This document shows positions 61,131 through 64,000 of a DNA stretch of 64,000 nucleotides, in pieces. Numbering within the stretch: the first letter of the stretch is position 1; each line of letters opens with the position of its first letter. Below the pieces are notes generated by a model. It had not been told where the DNA came from. It did not search any database and saw nothing but the letters and a program-made list of their open reading frames with translations. Source of the stretch: the human T2T-CHM13v2.0 reference genome, Homo sapiens. The stretch lies in assembly GCF_009914755.1 (NCBI RefSeq), contig NC_060927.1; one strand, 5' to 3'. The translations under genes and the position numbers were made by a program.

Positions 61131-61288
61131 TATACTAGCCACTGCCCGGCACCCTCCCTCCGTTTCCGGAGTAGACCTGTTTGCTTATCTCGTGGGCATT
61201 TGCCAGGCTGATTAGAGTAATGAGTAAAGAAAAGAGGGCACTGGGAAAGCTAAGTTCATTTATATTAGAAATTACATGATACTCTTCA

Positions 61289-61856
<568 letters not shown>

Positions 61857-62230
61857 AAGATACCATGTGTAGACTTTATTTGGGTTGTTACCCTTGTATC
61901 ACACATGTGGGGCCAGGGTGCTTCTGTATATCCTGACAACAGTGGCCAGCCATTAAAGAGTTTTGAGTAGGGGAACTGGATTTGTGGTTTTAGAAAGATC
62001 ATTTGGCTTCTGTGTGAAAGAGGCCAAAACCAGGAGCAGAAAGACCAGTTAGGAAGCTGTGACAGCAGTTGAGAGACGATGTTGTCAAAGTCTGCAGCAG
62101 AACAGAACAGGGGTGACCCCACATGGACATCATCTCTGCTCTTCAGTCACCTGTAGTGCAGAGTTTTGAAGTAGGTCTGAGCATGGAACCGTAGTGGTTG
62201 GGAAGGAAATGCCATTTGCCTATGGGGTGA

Positions 62231-62537
<307 letters not shown>

Positions 62538-63149
62538 TTACCTTTTCATTATGTAAATACACACCCAGAAGGAGGCCTGTCTGAGCTGCACAGGACTCTG
62601 GTCTGCACCTGAGCATCTTCCTTTCACTTCTGGAGTGCTTGAAGAGATCTAGACAAGACCACTTTCTTTGTGGTTTCTTGACTTGCCCACACCCCCTAGG
62701 AACTTCCTCTCTCTGAGAGTGAATAGAGTCTGTCCTTAGATAGCACTTGCCTGAGGAAGCAGCCAGAAGTAAGATTTGCTATCAGTTACTAGGGAAATGA
62801 TTGCTGTTGGAGCTGGCCAATTAATCAGCAGGACAGAAAGTTCTTGGATGAACTAGGACAGGCCCCAGCCATCCCTAAGGCATATCAAAAACGAGGGGAG
62901 AATTGGGAGTCTTATTCACATTTCCATCTCTAGTGGCTTGGCCTAGCATAATACCTGGTACCACATTATTGTTTAATTAATAGTTCCTGAATATATTAAT
63001 GAATTAGCATAACATGAAACTCTGAATGTGGTCATGTTGGGTCAGAACTGTGGTGCGTTAAAGGCAGGATTCATCTACTTATTCATTCATCACTTACTGA
63101 ACTCCTCCTACCATAATTCAGCTTTAGTTAGGAAAGTGATTCACAATAT

Positions 63150-63489
63150 TGGTTGCATTGGAACCATCTGGAGAGTTTTAAAAATCCAGGCCAGGCACAG
63201 TGGCTCGTGCCTGTAATCCTAGTGCTTTAGGAGGCCAAGGCAGAATTGCTTGAGGGCAGGAGTTCAAGGTCACAGTGAGCTGTGCTCATGCCGCTGCACT
63301 CCAGCCTGGGCAACAGAACGAGAACCTGTCTCTAACAAAATTTTTTTTTTTAATCCTGAAACCCAGAGATACCCCAGACCAATTACACCAGAATCAAATC
63401 CAGGAGTGGTGAGTCCTCAGCATCAGTATCTTTTTTAAAGCTCTGTTCATGATTCCAATGTGCAGCCAAGTTTGAAAGCCACTGGGCTA
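63150..63489. mobile_element. MER5A-like element split by an Alu monomer (63189-63339)
   Basis: ggttgcattggaaccatctggagagttttaaaaat / ccccagaccaattacaccagaatc...tgattccaatgtgcagccaagtttgaaagccactgg. Confidence 0.82.
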
Positions 63490-63586
63490 GGTGCTGGAAA
63501 TATAAGTGAATATCACAGTGCTCCTGCCCTTGTAGGGATCAAAGTCTACGTGAAGGACACCTGAATTCATTCTGTAGAATATAGTG

Positions 63587-63880
<294 letters not shown>

Positions 63881-64000
63881 GAATATAGTGGTAAATGCCT
63901 TAATAGAGATATGGAAACAATACTGTGGGAACCCAGAAGAAGAAATGCTTAGATATGGCTAAGGGATACAGGAAAGCTTCAAAAAAGAAGGAACAGTTAA

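Overview
Non-coding primate (most likely human) genomic DNA with no supportable protein-coding exon, RNA gene or CpG island; the locus could not be identified from sequence alone. It is dominated by interspersed repeats: about 49 Alu/FLAM copies or fragments, many MIR and L2 fragments, L1MB/L1MC/L1ME pieces, MaLR LTRs, and MER1B/MER5/MER20 hAT elements. There is also a ~1.08 kb minisatellite with a 34-bp unit. The ORF track is explained by Alu translation, VNTR periodicity and chance. The structures not explained by ordinary repeat insertion are short local duplications: (i) a 252-bp, ~97% identical inverted duplication (22397-22648 vs 23862-24113); (ii) a composite insertion at 54241-54890 built from one inverted and one direct copy of overlapping sequence 1.3-2.4 kb downstream; (iii) a 195-bp microhomology-bounded tandem duplication in an MLT1 LTR. 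Several repeat-free islands carry transcription-factor motif clusters and one consensus CTCF core. I found no evidence of a novel gene system. Repeat subfamily names and boundaries are by-eye estimates, and identities are manual counts.
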